Shown here: one piece after another, positions 22,657 to 31,785 of the stretch
How positions within the stretch are numbered: position 1 is the first letter of the stretch
How the letters are laid out: each line of letters begins with the position of its first letter
Source: Cyanidioschyzon merolae
Taxonomy: Eukaryota
Direction: 5' to 3' (one strand)
DNA length: 64,000 nt
Assembly: GCA_000091205.1 (NCBI GenBank)
Contig: AP006487.2
Notes under the pieces: generated by a model
Database searches by the model: none
What the model was told of the DNA's origin: nothing
What the model saw: the letters and a program-made list of their open reading frames with translations, nothing else
Program-made: the position numbers and the translations under genes

Positions 22657-24089
22657 ATGGATGCAAATGAGGAGCCGGTGGCGGTATCGCTCGAGTTGGT
22701 AGCGACTTCGGCAGAGATGTCGCTACGAGGGCGAGCGGCACTCCAGATGGTCCAAGCTCATCGTGATATGCTGGACCTCGAACCGGACGGGCGCCATATC
22801 CAAAGGATGGTTGAAACGAGATGCCTGCCTTCATTGCATCTTTCGCTACTTTATGTTCCTGAACAGGGCTCTCCAGAGAAAAACCTGCTTGCCTCCTTGT
22901 ATCCGTGCATCCAGGCCCCTGAGAAAAACCCATTCAATGCGGCACCGGTATGCCGGATTACGGCGCAGGCAACCATCGTAGATATTTGTGTTATGTACTG
23001 CATCGTGTCTGGAGTGAGCTACGGCTGGTCTCTGCGAGCAGGCATGGGACATGCGAGCATCATCTCGAAGAGCATTGGCGGAGCTCGCTCGACGATACGC
23101 ATCCGCTGGTAGAAAGTATAGAAGAGTCAATAGGGACGACAGAGAACGACAGAGTATCAAACCGCATGCAATTCGTGCAATCTAAGCCCAAGTCGAGCAG
23201 AAGGACTCATTTTCAATCGTTCAAGATAGATGATATGAAAGGATTTGTGATGGGTATCGATCCGGGGTCGACAAGAATATCGCGATGGTCGCCATGCCTC
23301 TGTATGATGAGAACGGCATCAGATTTCTGAAAGGCAAGCAGATGACACTGCTCATTTTGTGCAGGGCGTAATATCTTCGCGAGTCATAACGAACAGACGA
23401 AAGAAGCCATACCAACAAATGGAATGATAGCGTCAGAACTGCTTTTGTACGCGCTGAGGAATGTGATGAGCAGAGAAGCATGCTTCGTGCGTCTCAGATA
23501 GAGAGTACACAGATGCGTAACTGGCTCCCGCAGGCATCTTTAGCTGGAGTCCATGAGATGGCGCTGAAATCGCAAACGATTCCTGTTGTACAAGCGCAAG
23601 AAGCACGCATTCTCTAGGTCCTTCAGTGAGTTGGAACAGCGAGTGAAAGACAATGCGCGTCATTCGGTAATAGAGTATGAAGTTGGACATTCCAGCATGC
23701 GCACTGGCTGCACATCTATTCAATCGACAAGAGCGTTCACCAAGAGCAGAAACCTATGCGGGACGATTCCCACTGGAGGCGTTCAGGACAACGCGCATGC
23801 GCATCATGAGTACGACTGCACACTGAAACAGATCGAGAAGAAAAGCGTGGAACAGAGCGCGATACACAATATCATGCAAGGCGAGCTGATGAAATGCCAG
23901 ACACCGAGACATCCTCAGGTGAGAGGCGTACTATTGTGTGATGCCACCAGCGATCATCCATACGAGTACTTTCTGCATCGAGACTTGAATGCCTCAATCA
24001 ACAATCGGGAATGTGTGTGTTGCTGCCAGAGCGTCTATCAACTTTGTTTCCTGCATATTTTCCACGAAATTGATTCGTGCTCGGTGTAG
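22657..24089 (+). pseudogene. decayed TnpB/Fanzor-like RuvC nuclease gene (copy A), frameshifted
   Basis: Frame 0 at 23250-23290 reads KGFVMGIDPGSTRIS, the RuvC-I GIDxG with catalytic Asp. One base later, frame +2 continues AMVAMPLYDENGIRFLKGKQMTLL, comparable to TnpB ...AIVTDGVRFKHEQ... Further downstream fragments are SSRVITNRRKKPYQQ and MRNWLPQASLAGVHEMALKS. The ORF at 23586 reads HAFSRSFSELEQRV...IEYEVGHSS..TGCTS, comparable to WGEF..QLEYKAxWxG...TSQxC, then ...HRDLNASINN, comparable to DRDxNAAxNI RuvC-III. Order and spacing (RuvC-I to RuvC-III about 245 aa) fit TnpB/Fanzor. There are at least 2 frameshifts and several stops. Confidence 0.55.
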
Positions 24090-24497
24090 ACATTTCGATG
24101 AAACGTTGGAGTCTTCCGAGGCAAGACAAAAACTGTGACAAGCAGAGCGGGAATCGGATGCTCGCATGCAGCTACACACCCGTAAGGTACGGTGCAGCAA
24201 CCCAAAAAGGCTGGATCACTGCACCTTTATACCGGAAACGATTTTCCATGGATATTCCTAGACGAAGGTTAGCGTTCCATTATTCGATACGACTGAGCAA
24301 ACGTGCTTGTGGTGATGCCGCACTCGCCCGTGTCGCGCTCCAGCAGCAGGAAACGAATCCCCGCCGCCCGGTGAAAAATCGCAGCAGACGCTGCGGCAAC
24401 GTTCGCCGCCCGTGCTCTAGAACAGAACGAATTACCACGATTTCAAACTAAAGAGAAGTTTGAGGTGTATCCTTTATAGAGACGTACTTGCCGTGTC

Positions 24498-25235
24498 ATG
24501 TTTCCTGCTCCAGGTTCTAGCGCGGGGGGTCAGTCAATGGAGGCGTCCCTTGACGAGGCAGGACTTCCGCGCAAGACTGTGCTAGCCTGCGTTCAGGCCG
24601 TTCTCCAAGAGGGCGGCCTGTCGTCAAGCGCTGAACAGCAGCCTCACAGCGCGCCTTCCGTGAGCTCAAGCCCGTCGCGAGTAGAACATGCGATGGTAAC
24701 AGAGGGGCGACCGCGTGATGCGATAACCGTACAGAACGGCGCTCGTGAGCACGTCAAGCGAGAAGCCTCCACAGAGGAAACGCAACTGGGCGCCACGTCT
24801 CCTGCGACGCTGCAACTCACAGAGGAAACAGCGTGCTCCAACATGGACGCTGAGTGCTCGAAGGACGAGAGTTCACCCCAGAATGGTCCAGAGCCAGCCC
24901 TAACGCTACACCCGGACGCACGTGACCTCATCTGCGCCTGTGCGAACACGTTCGTTCGGTCAATTGCAGTTGAGGCGAATAAGGCAAAGGCCAGAGACCA
25001 GAAACGGACAATCTTCTCGAAACATATCCTAGCCGCCTTGGAGCAGATGGGCCTTGAAGCTTACGTCCCAGTATTGCAGCCACTGCTGGAACGTGTGGAG
25101 GATGAGCAGGTGGAACGCCAACGGCGAAAAACTGGTCGTGCTCGCTTTGAACACACAGGTTTGAGCATAGAGGAGCTCAAAAGACAACAAGCGGAACTAC
25201 TAGCTGCTGCTCGAGAGCAAGCTCTGTGGCCTTGA
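24498..25235 (+). CDS. DR1: NC2-beta / Dr1 histone-fold transcription regulator with a large internal insertion
   Basis: GLPRKTVLACVQAVLQ is alpha1 (compare Dr1 LPRAAINKMIKETLP). ARDLICACANTFVRSIAVEANKAKARDQKRTIFSKHILAALEQMGLEAYVPVLQPLLE is alpha2-alpha3 (compare Dr1 ARELVVNCCTEFIHLISSEANEICNKSEKKTISPEHVIQALESLGFGSYISEVKEVLQ). The C-terminus RARFEHTGLSIEELKRQQAELLAAAREQAL matches Dr1 RLENLGIPEEELLRQQQELFAKARQQQAEL. About 100 aa of S/E/T-rich sequence is inserted between alpha1 and alpha2. Confidence 0.7.
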   Translation: MFPAPGSSAGGQSMEASLDEAGLPRKTVLACVQAVLQEGGLSSSAEQQPHSAPSVSSSPSRVEHAMVTEGRPRDAITVQNGAREHVKREASTEETQLGATSPATLQLTEETACSNMDAECSKDESSPQNGPEPALTLHPDARDLICACANTFVRSIAVEANKAKARDQKRTIFSKHILAALEQMGLEAYVPVLQPLLERVEDEQVERQRRKTGRARFEHTGLSIEELKRQQAELLAAAREQALWP

Positions 25236-26079
25236 CTGCACGCACAATTGCCAAAAGCTGTCAGCGATCGACGCTATGATGAGCACGGTGCATCATCCTT
25301 AACAGCCAAAAACATCAGCTGTTTGTGGATATGCCCAAAGTCGTTTGCGTAGCGATGATGGCCTCCATGTTCAGTGTGTACCAGAAAAGAAAAGCCGTGA
25401 AATGGCCTCGAAGGCGCGGAAGTCGGTACACTGGTGGCGCAGCTCGCCCCGAGATATAGAAATCGAATCCACAGTCGCTTCCCTGGGTTGTTGTCGCAGG
25501 CAGCAACGCAGGATACGGGGAATGCTTGAGAGGAGCTGTAGTCTCCGCTTGCCTAGCTCGTTGCCGGCAGCAGCAAGGATGCTCTCGGGCTATGTTGGTT
25601 CGCTGGATCGATCCCGGTCCATAAAAAATTCGAGACGATGAACATGAGAACCCAGTTATCGGCACTAGAGTTTTTTCATTCAGCATCTTTGGTGATGTTC
25701 ATGAGCGATAACAAAACGATCGCTTTGCCTCTGATTGCAAGCGGTCTCAAGAGTGCCTTTGGTGCCCGGGGGAATATGGTGCAGTCCGCTGTAGCGCCGA
25801 AGGATGCTGCGGATTACAGCTACCGCAACATTTCATTATCCTAGACTCGTACAGAATCTATTGCTCATCGAGAGCGCCTACGAAGCGCCGGCCCATCGAT
25901 GCGATTTTGGTCGATACGCAGCATGGAGCCGGAAGGCGGCCCCCCGTTTGAAATAGAATCAGACGGCTGTACATCATGGCGAGAAAAAGTCCCAATAACT
26001 TTAAACACTCCAAACCGTCCTAGCAAGTCAGAATGTCCAGGCAGATTCGTTCGCTCAAGCGCTGACGAACAAGGCCGAG

Positions 26080-28620
26080 TTACTTGCGGTACGCCATGCG
26101 CCGCCAGAGCGCAGCTGCGTCGCTCGGAACATATGGTGCTCCAGGGCGTCGTCCGTGCCGCCCTAGTGTCGACGGGGCGTACATTGCCTGCCGAGCCGCC
26201 TGAATACCTTCGTGAATGGTCTGCACTAAACCCGAGGCCAACAGTATGATTGCAGCGTTCAACACAATGGTTTCGCGGAGCAATACCAGGTGCTCTGAAG
26301 ATAAACTGCTGGTCTCTGCTCCGACAGCGTTGTCGTCGATACCCGTATTCGTGAGTACCTCCTCGAGGAGTCGTGCATTCTCCACGGCATTGGCACCAAT
26401 CACAGCAGCTAAATCGCCCTTGCTGTACATCTGGTAGCGATGCGGTTGAAGAGGTATCTCGGCGACCTGGGCGATCTCCTCGCCGTCTGCATTGGGGCCG
26501 CGGTAGCAAACCTCGCGCACAGAATTCTGTCCCCAGGGTAGAAGACAGCCCAGATGCTGCTCTCCCGTTGGAGTGTCCTCGTTTGATGCCTCTGGCACCA
26601 GACAAGTGAAGAGCCAGGCTCTTACTGGACGGAAGAACGCGACTGCGTCCGTCAGCGCCTCCAGTTCTGCAGTTCCACTGGGAGCATGGAGACCCGGCGC
26701 AGTCACCAAACGATCAAGGTCGTAGGCATTCAAGAGCGGAGCCACTAAATCTCCCAAAAGCGGTGCTGGCGATGTTGCCACATCTTCCGCGGTAGCCGTT
26801 TCATTCAGTAGGAGTCGAATATCGCGCTTCGCGAGACCTATCGGTGATCGATAAAGCGCTATTCGCAATCGATCAAAAGTTGCACAGGACTCGGCTAGAG
26901 TCGGATAGGGGTTCAGCCCAACAGCAAGCAGGAAAGGGGCATAAGTCGTGCTCAACGTGCTCCGCCAGTCGTCGATGATACAGACGCGGGCACCTGCTGA
27001 TGTGGCAACGACGGCAGCGCCCAACATAATATGGGGAATCATGGCGTTGGAGAAGAGCAGCCCTACTATGGTGGATCTGGAAAGCGGCCCTGAAGGCTGT
27101 GGTGTCCGTGGATGAGCACTTATGTAGGCGGAAAGCTTTGGCAAGTGCGGAAGCAGCAACTGCGCGAGCGCTGCTCGTGCAGAGCCGTGCAAGACGCCAT
27201 CTGCAGCCATCGCGAGAATGCACAGCTTCCGGGCAACTGCGATGGACTCTGCTCGCGACAGGGCCGGAAGCAAGTGCTTCTGTTCATTGGACGATGCCGG
27301 GGCATACGCGCCTGACTTTCCTGCATACTGATATTGTTCGTCAGCGCTCAGCAGTGTAAACAGGCAGCGGGTATCTTCAATACTCAACGGCAACTGGCGA
27401 ATGATAGCCTCGTAGAGATCGGAGACGTCTGCGAACCAGCGGCGCGGCACGGGAGCCGTCTTGTTCGCTATTCGGTCGCTGTGCTGCCTCTGCAACAGTG
27501 CTTCCAGGTGGAAGCGCAGGCGAGCCCACACCATACCCAGAGGCGATGTCAGCGTTCGCGCAGCTCGCTGGTACGCCGGCTTCTTCGCTGGTGGACGCAA
27601 CGGCTGCGGAAACGCTCGCCATCGCTCTGCAAGCTCCTCTCGACCAAGGAAGACGCTGTCTAGTCGCTGTTGTAACTTCCAGAAAAGTCCAAGTATGATG
27701 AGGGCGATGGCACTGATCCAGAATGCCGGTACCGGGAACCGTCCGCCCGGACGGATTGTTTCCAACCCGGGGAGTCGCAGCGGCTCAACGGTAACCATAC
27801 GCCGCTCTCCTTGCCAGGCTCGTCCAGCATGCTCCATTCGTGCCTCATCTGCACGGTCGAGGAAACGTAAAGAGTATCGAACAAGATGACGGGATCTCAT
27901 CCACAGGTGTCTGCATGCGTAGGGCGTTACCCGACGTGCATCAGCAAGGATTTGCGTTGATGACTCGCGACCCCGTCCAAAGCGGTTGCGGGTGTATGCA
28001 TGTTGGCCAGGAAGACGCGTAGGTGTGTTGCTGATCCAGCGCACCAATGGAGCAGAAAACTGAAGTACCGGGAAACCCCATCGAGCCCGCAACGCCCGCG
28101 CCATCCCCAAGGAGCGACCTGTCTCCACATCCGAACGCTTCGGGAAACCATGACACCTATCCAGACTAGTAGACAGAAGCGTTGACGTACGCGCACCCGT
28201 CTCGCTTCTGGAGAGCATTGCACAGTGTTGGCACATGGAACAGGCGTTCGACCGGGGCCTCACGCCGGGCGGCATAACAGGATGCCTGCGGCTCGCAACG
28301 ATACCACTATCCGTTTCGGTGGCTGCTCCTGTATCCAAAAAGGCGCTCCAGGCGACAGGACGGTTCTTGGTCCATCGGTTTGGTATCAAGCTTCCAGTTG
28401 TCGGCCTCACGGTAGTGATTTCCTCTTGTTGACGCTTTGATACTTGCTGCTGCACCATGAAAGCTCGCTGCCGACAGCCACACAATGCAGAGGCCTCCTC
28501 AGCGCAGACAAACAATACCCTCCGACAGAAAGCAAGGTCGTTACTAGCACTACGAATGGTAAACAGTAGTAGTTGTTGTTGTTGCTCTCTTGACTGGGTT
28601 TGAAAAAGCTTTTGCGTCAC
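26080..28620 (-). CDS. membrane protein with C-terminal TrpD-like (glycosyltransferase family 3 fold) domain; catalytic motifs appear degenerate
   Basis: The C-terminal ~330 aa aligns in outline with anthranilate phosphoribosyltransferase. LLGDLVAPLLNAYDLDRLV is comparable to NLLGPLTNPA...LGV. KGDLAAVIGANAVENARLLEEVLTNTG is comparable to GGxAxENAxxLxxVLxG. LRETIVLNAAIILLASGLVQTIHEGIQAARQAM is comparable to RDAVLLNAAAALxVAGxAxSLxEGVxLAxEAI. The KHGNR and GTGGD motifs are not recognisable. The N-terminal half has a TM helix FPVPAFWISAIALIILGLFW. Confidence 0.4.
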   Translation of the reverse strand: MTQKLFQTQSREQQQQLLLFTIRSASNDLAFCRRVLFVCAEEASALCGCRQRAFMVQQQVSKRQQEEITTVRPTTGSLIPNRWTKNRPVAWSAFLDTGAATETDSGIVASRRHPVMPPGVRPRSNACSMCQHCAMLSRSETGARTSTLLSTSLDRCHGFPKRSDVETGRSLGMARALRARWGFPVLQFSAPLVRWISNTPTRLPGQHAYTRNRFGRGRESSTQILADARRVTPYACRHLWMRSRHLVRYSLRFLDRADEARMEHAGRAWQGERRMVTVEPLRLPGLETIRPGGRFPVPAFWISAIALIILGLFWKLQQRLDSVFLGREELAERWRAFPQPLRPPAKKPAYQRAARTLTSPLGMVWARLRFHLEALLQRQHSDRIANKTAPVPRRWFADVSDLYEAIIRQLPLSIEDTRCLFTLLSADEQYQYAGKSGAYAPASSNEQKHLLPALSRAESIAVARKLCILAMAADGVLHGSARAALAQLLLPHLPKLSAYISAHPRTPQPSGPLSRSTIVGLLFSNAMIPHIMLGAAVVATSAGARVCIIDDWRSTLSTTYAPFLLAVGLNPYPTLAESCATFDRLRIALYRSPIGLAKRDIRLLLNETATAEDVATSPAPLLGDLVAPLLNAYDLDRLVTAPGLHAPSGTAELEALTDAVAFFRPVRAWLFTCLVPEASNEDTPTGEQHLGCLLPWGQNSVREVCYRGPNADGEEIAQVAEIPLQPHRYQMYSKGDLAAVIGANAVENARLLEEVLTNTGIDDNAVGAETSSLSSEHLVLLRETIVLNAAIILLASGLVQTIHEGIQAARQAMYAPSTLGRHGRRPGAPYVPSDAAALWRRMAYRK

Positions 28621-28639
28621 TCAGGTACCGCTGCGACGG

Positions 28640-29259
28640 TCTCGAAGCGACGTGCTCTAGAGAAAGCCCTGCAGGAGCCACACGACTCGAAAAAAGAGCA
28701 AGTCGTTACGATGAAGCGTTACCTGCGTAACGACTAGAAACAGCTGCTTCTGAGCGACACGACTCGAATAAAGGGCTAGTCGTTACGATGAAGCGTTACC
28801 TGCGTAACGACTAGAAACAGCTGCTTCTGAGCGACACGACTCGAATAAAGGGCTAGTCGTTACGATGAAGCGTTACCTGCGTAACGACTAGAAACAGCTG
28901 CTTCTGAGCGACACGACTCGAATAAAGAGCAAGTCGTTACGATGAAGCGTTACCTGCGTAACGACTAGAAACAGCTGCTTCTGAGCGACACGACTCGAAT
29001 AAAGGGCTAGTCGTTACGATGAAGCGTTACCTGTGTAACGACTAGAAACAGCTGCTTCTGAGCGACACGACTCGAATAAAGGGCTAGTCGTTACGATGAA
29101 GCGTTACCTGTGTAACGACTAGAAACAGCTGCTTCTGAGCGACACGACTCGAATAAAGGGCTAGTCGTTACGATGAAGCGTTACCTGCGTAACGACTAGA
29201 AACAGCTGCTTCTGAGCGACACGACTCGAATAAAGGGCTAGTCGTTACGAAGAATCGCC
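28640..29259. repeat. 77-bp tandem repeat array, about 7.5 copies, each unit containing a perfect 12-bp-stem palindrome
   Basis: Units start at 28681, 28758, 28835, 28912, 28989, 29066, 29143 and 29220, a period of exactly 77 bp. The unit reads cacgactcgaataaagggCTAGTCGTTACGatgaagcgttacctgCGTAACGACTAGaaacagctgcttctgagcga. Units 1 and 4 share gagcaag in place of ggctag. Units 5 and 6 share the variant ctgTgtaacg. This indicates higher-order structure. The array lies between the divergent starts of the 26080-28620(-) and ALG13(+) genes. Confidence 0.95.
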
Positions 29260-29457
29260 TCCCAAAAGGAGCTTCCCCGGGAACGCTTTACCGTGTAAGG
29301 CTTCGAACGGCTGAGAACGAGCCCAGGCGATACGCGTTACCGCCACCACTTGCATGTGTGCTCCGCGTGGCATCTCCAGTCGATGCTTCTGCACTGCTGT
29401 TCCAAAGTCGTTACACATGACGGTTTTTTCTGGGGGTACTTGTTGCCTTCCTAACAT

Positions 29458-29955
29458 ATGGGTAAACGGGTGTTCGTAACAGTGGGTACAACGCGCTTCT
29501 CGGGACTCGTTCAGGCGCTAGAGAACGAGCAGGTTCTCCGGTCGTTGCGCAGGGCTTGGGACTGCGACACACTGGTGGTCCAGCACGGATCAGGTCCAGC
29601 ACCAGCGAGAGCTTGCATCGAGCGTCATGGTATGACCCTGGAAAGTTTTCCGTACTCGGATTCATTACGGGATGAACAGGAGAGAGCGGACCTCATCATT
29701 TCGCACGCTGGTGCGGGCTCGATCCTCGAAGCACTCGAACATGCTAAACCGTTGGTTGTCGTCGTCAACGAAAGTTTAATGGATAACCACCAATGGGAAC
29801 TTGCCCGTGCACTTGCAGAACGAAAGGCGCTCGTCGCTACCACGTGCGCTGAGCTAGGGCAGGCGTTGGAGCAGGCTCGTCGTCACCGGCAGCAGAGACC
29901 GTTGCCACCGGCTTGTCGTGGGGTGCTCACGCGAGTTCTCTTCGAAGAGAGCTGA
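29458..29955 (+). CDS. ALG13: UDP-GlcNAc transferase subunit ALG13 (GT28 C-terminal domain)
   Basis: The N-terminus MGKRVFVTVGTTRF is the ALG13 signature VFVTVGTT. It also has ISHAGAGSILEAL, and KPLVVVVNESLMDNHQWELARAL, which is comparable to ALG13 LMNNHQxELA. The size of 165 aa is typical. Confidence 0.85.
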   Translation: MGKRVFVTVGTTRFSGLVQALENEQVLRSLRRAWDCDTLVVQHGSGPAPARACIERHGMTLESFPYSDSLRDEQERADLIISHAGAGSILEALEHAKPLVVVVNESLMDNHQWELARALAERKALVATTCAELGQALEQARRHRQQRPLPPACRGVLTRVLFEES

Positions 29956-31785
29956 GAGAGCATCAGGCGTTTATGCACCTACGGGAATGAATCGGGCCTG
30001 GAGGCATGCGTTCAACTGGTACACGGAATGGTGACCGAACGCCGAAACACCGACACTAGTACTTTTTGGAGGGAATCGCTTAAAGAAAACCTGGCGACTG
30101 GTAGTAGTTTCATTGTAAAACGATATGGAAGCTGCTCGCCTGTGTCGATACTTGACTCGTGCTAGAAAGATGCATGCTATCGATGAAATCGCATGGGCTT
30201 TCATGCCAAACTAGTGTGCACTTCTCTTTCTCCAGAGCGTACAGTATTGATTCTACAACGCTGGTACTCAACCTCATGGTATCGTTGAAACGGTACGGAT
30301 TCACGTCACCATTCACGCGTCCTCGTGCTCGGAAAGCATCGACCTCTTATCGGTTTGTTGGTAGGCACGTTGCCTTGGTCGTCGCCCAGCAGATGCGAGA
30401 ACCTTCTCCAGTTCGCATTCGTGGCATCTCCCTATCGCACACTTTTTCGAATGCTAAAAGGGCTTGGTTGTTCGTCAGTGCGAATGAATTGATCACTGGT
30501 GTGCCTCAACTCGAAAGTCTACATCGTTCACAGAGGCTGCGTTCGAATCGACTCGGAAACGGCAAAGAACAGCGCGATCCAATCTGTGTTTCATTGGTCT
30601 AGAGGATCAAAGCCAGCACCAACATGGAAAGGGAATGCTTCGATAGATTCAAACCACTTACAACAACGCAACGTTCATGATCTTTGGTGGCATTTAGCGA
30701 GCACTGCTGTTTCGCCATGCGATCGGAAACGACAGCGTCGATGACTGCCTTTATCGTCGGAGTCTAACGATATGTAATCCATCCTGAGGGTGAGCGTGTC
30801 ACGGTGCAATTGTGACAGAGACACTTGAAGGACGGGCCAGGGAGAAAGCAGGGTCCCTGAGCTATTTAACAGGTCTACAAAAAGCAGGCGCACAGACCCG
30901 AACTCCTGTGCAGCGTCGCAAAACCGACCTAGACGAGAACCGGGTTCTCCTTATTCAAACAAGTCTTGGAGCAGGAAACACTTCCTCGCTCCATAGCCTG
31001 AATATCTGCAGCAAACCGAGCTGTGGAAACTGGATTCGTGAGATACTCGACTGACACTTAACCCATAGAGCAGAGGAGAGGGCTCTCGGGGAGAGCCCGC
31101 ATCCACCGCAGAGTCCACGTGTCCCCCTTTCCCGACGACTGAATTATAGTGCGTTTCAGTACTTCCGACCTCGAATTTATGGTTCGCTGCGTTTCGAACA
31201 GGTGATGCTGAGCAGCACCACAAGAACAGGCATCTCGAGATCGCTCTACGGTGTCTAGACTGCAGTCAACGCAAACCTACCAGATCGGAAACAAAGAAAC
31301 CCAATTTCGGGAGAGCAGCACCGGGTCAACGATACCAGCCTCCGTATACGATAACATTACCGCTATCGTTCTGTCTGGCTAGTGCTAGCGAGTAGCGAAT
31401 GCACGTAGGCATGCATACTAGGGGTACTGCACGTCATGGAGTTGCCTGCAGCGCTTCCGCATACCCTCAGCGACTGCGCGTTCGTGCCTGTGCATGCCGA
31501 CATTGGATGCATTCGCAGTTGGATCCAAGTTTAACAAGACTGCATCTCGGTGGATACAGACCAGAGCGACGACTCGGCCGCAGACGAGTCACCGCTGCTG
31601 CCCAAGGCATCTGCTAGACGCTCAGGTGCTCTCACGGGTATCCCCGTGTACTCCAGACAAGTCTAGATCGCGTTCGATACACTAGCAGCCTGCTCCCCGT
31701 ACATCTGCTGCAAAGTGGCAACGACAAGAGGCGCAAGCGTCGACACCATCGCTCTTCCATCGAGCCGAATGTGTTCCTGTCCGAC

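Noticed and set aside
25865-26605. 246-aa minus-strand ORF overlapping the 3' end of the 26080..28620 gene.
   Set aside because: It is out of frame with and overlapping a gene whose C-terminus shows a real TrpD-like alignment. It is a GC-driven artefact.
28640-29259. CRISPR array interpretation of the 77-bp tandem repeat.
   Set aside because: There are no unique spacers. The whole 77-bp unit repeats head-to-tail, including the sequence between palindromes. No cas genes are adjacent.
30499-30744. RIDSETAKNSAIQ in the ORF at 30499 as another RuvC-III-like motif.
   Set aside because: It fits DxNAAxNI only with an indel. It lies upstream of, and thus out of order with, the weak zinc-finger-like tail at 30812-31054. 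It is too weak to call.
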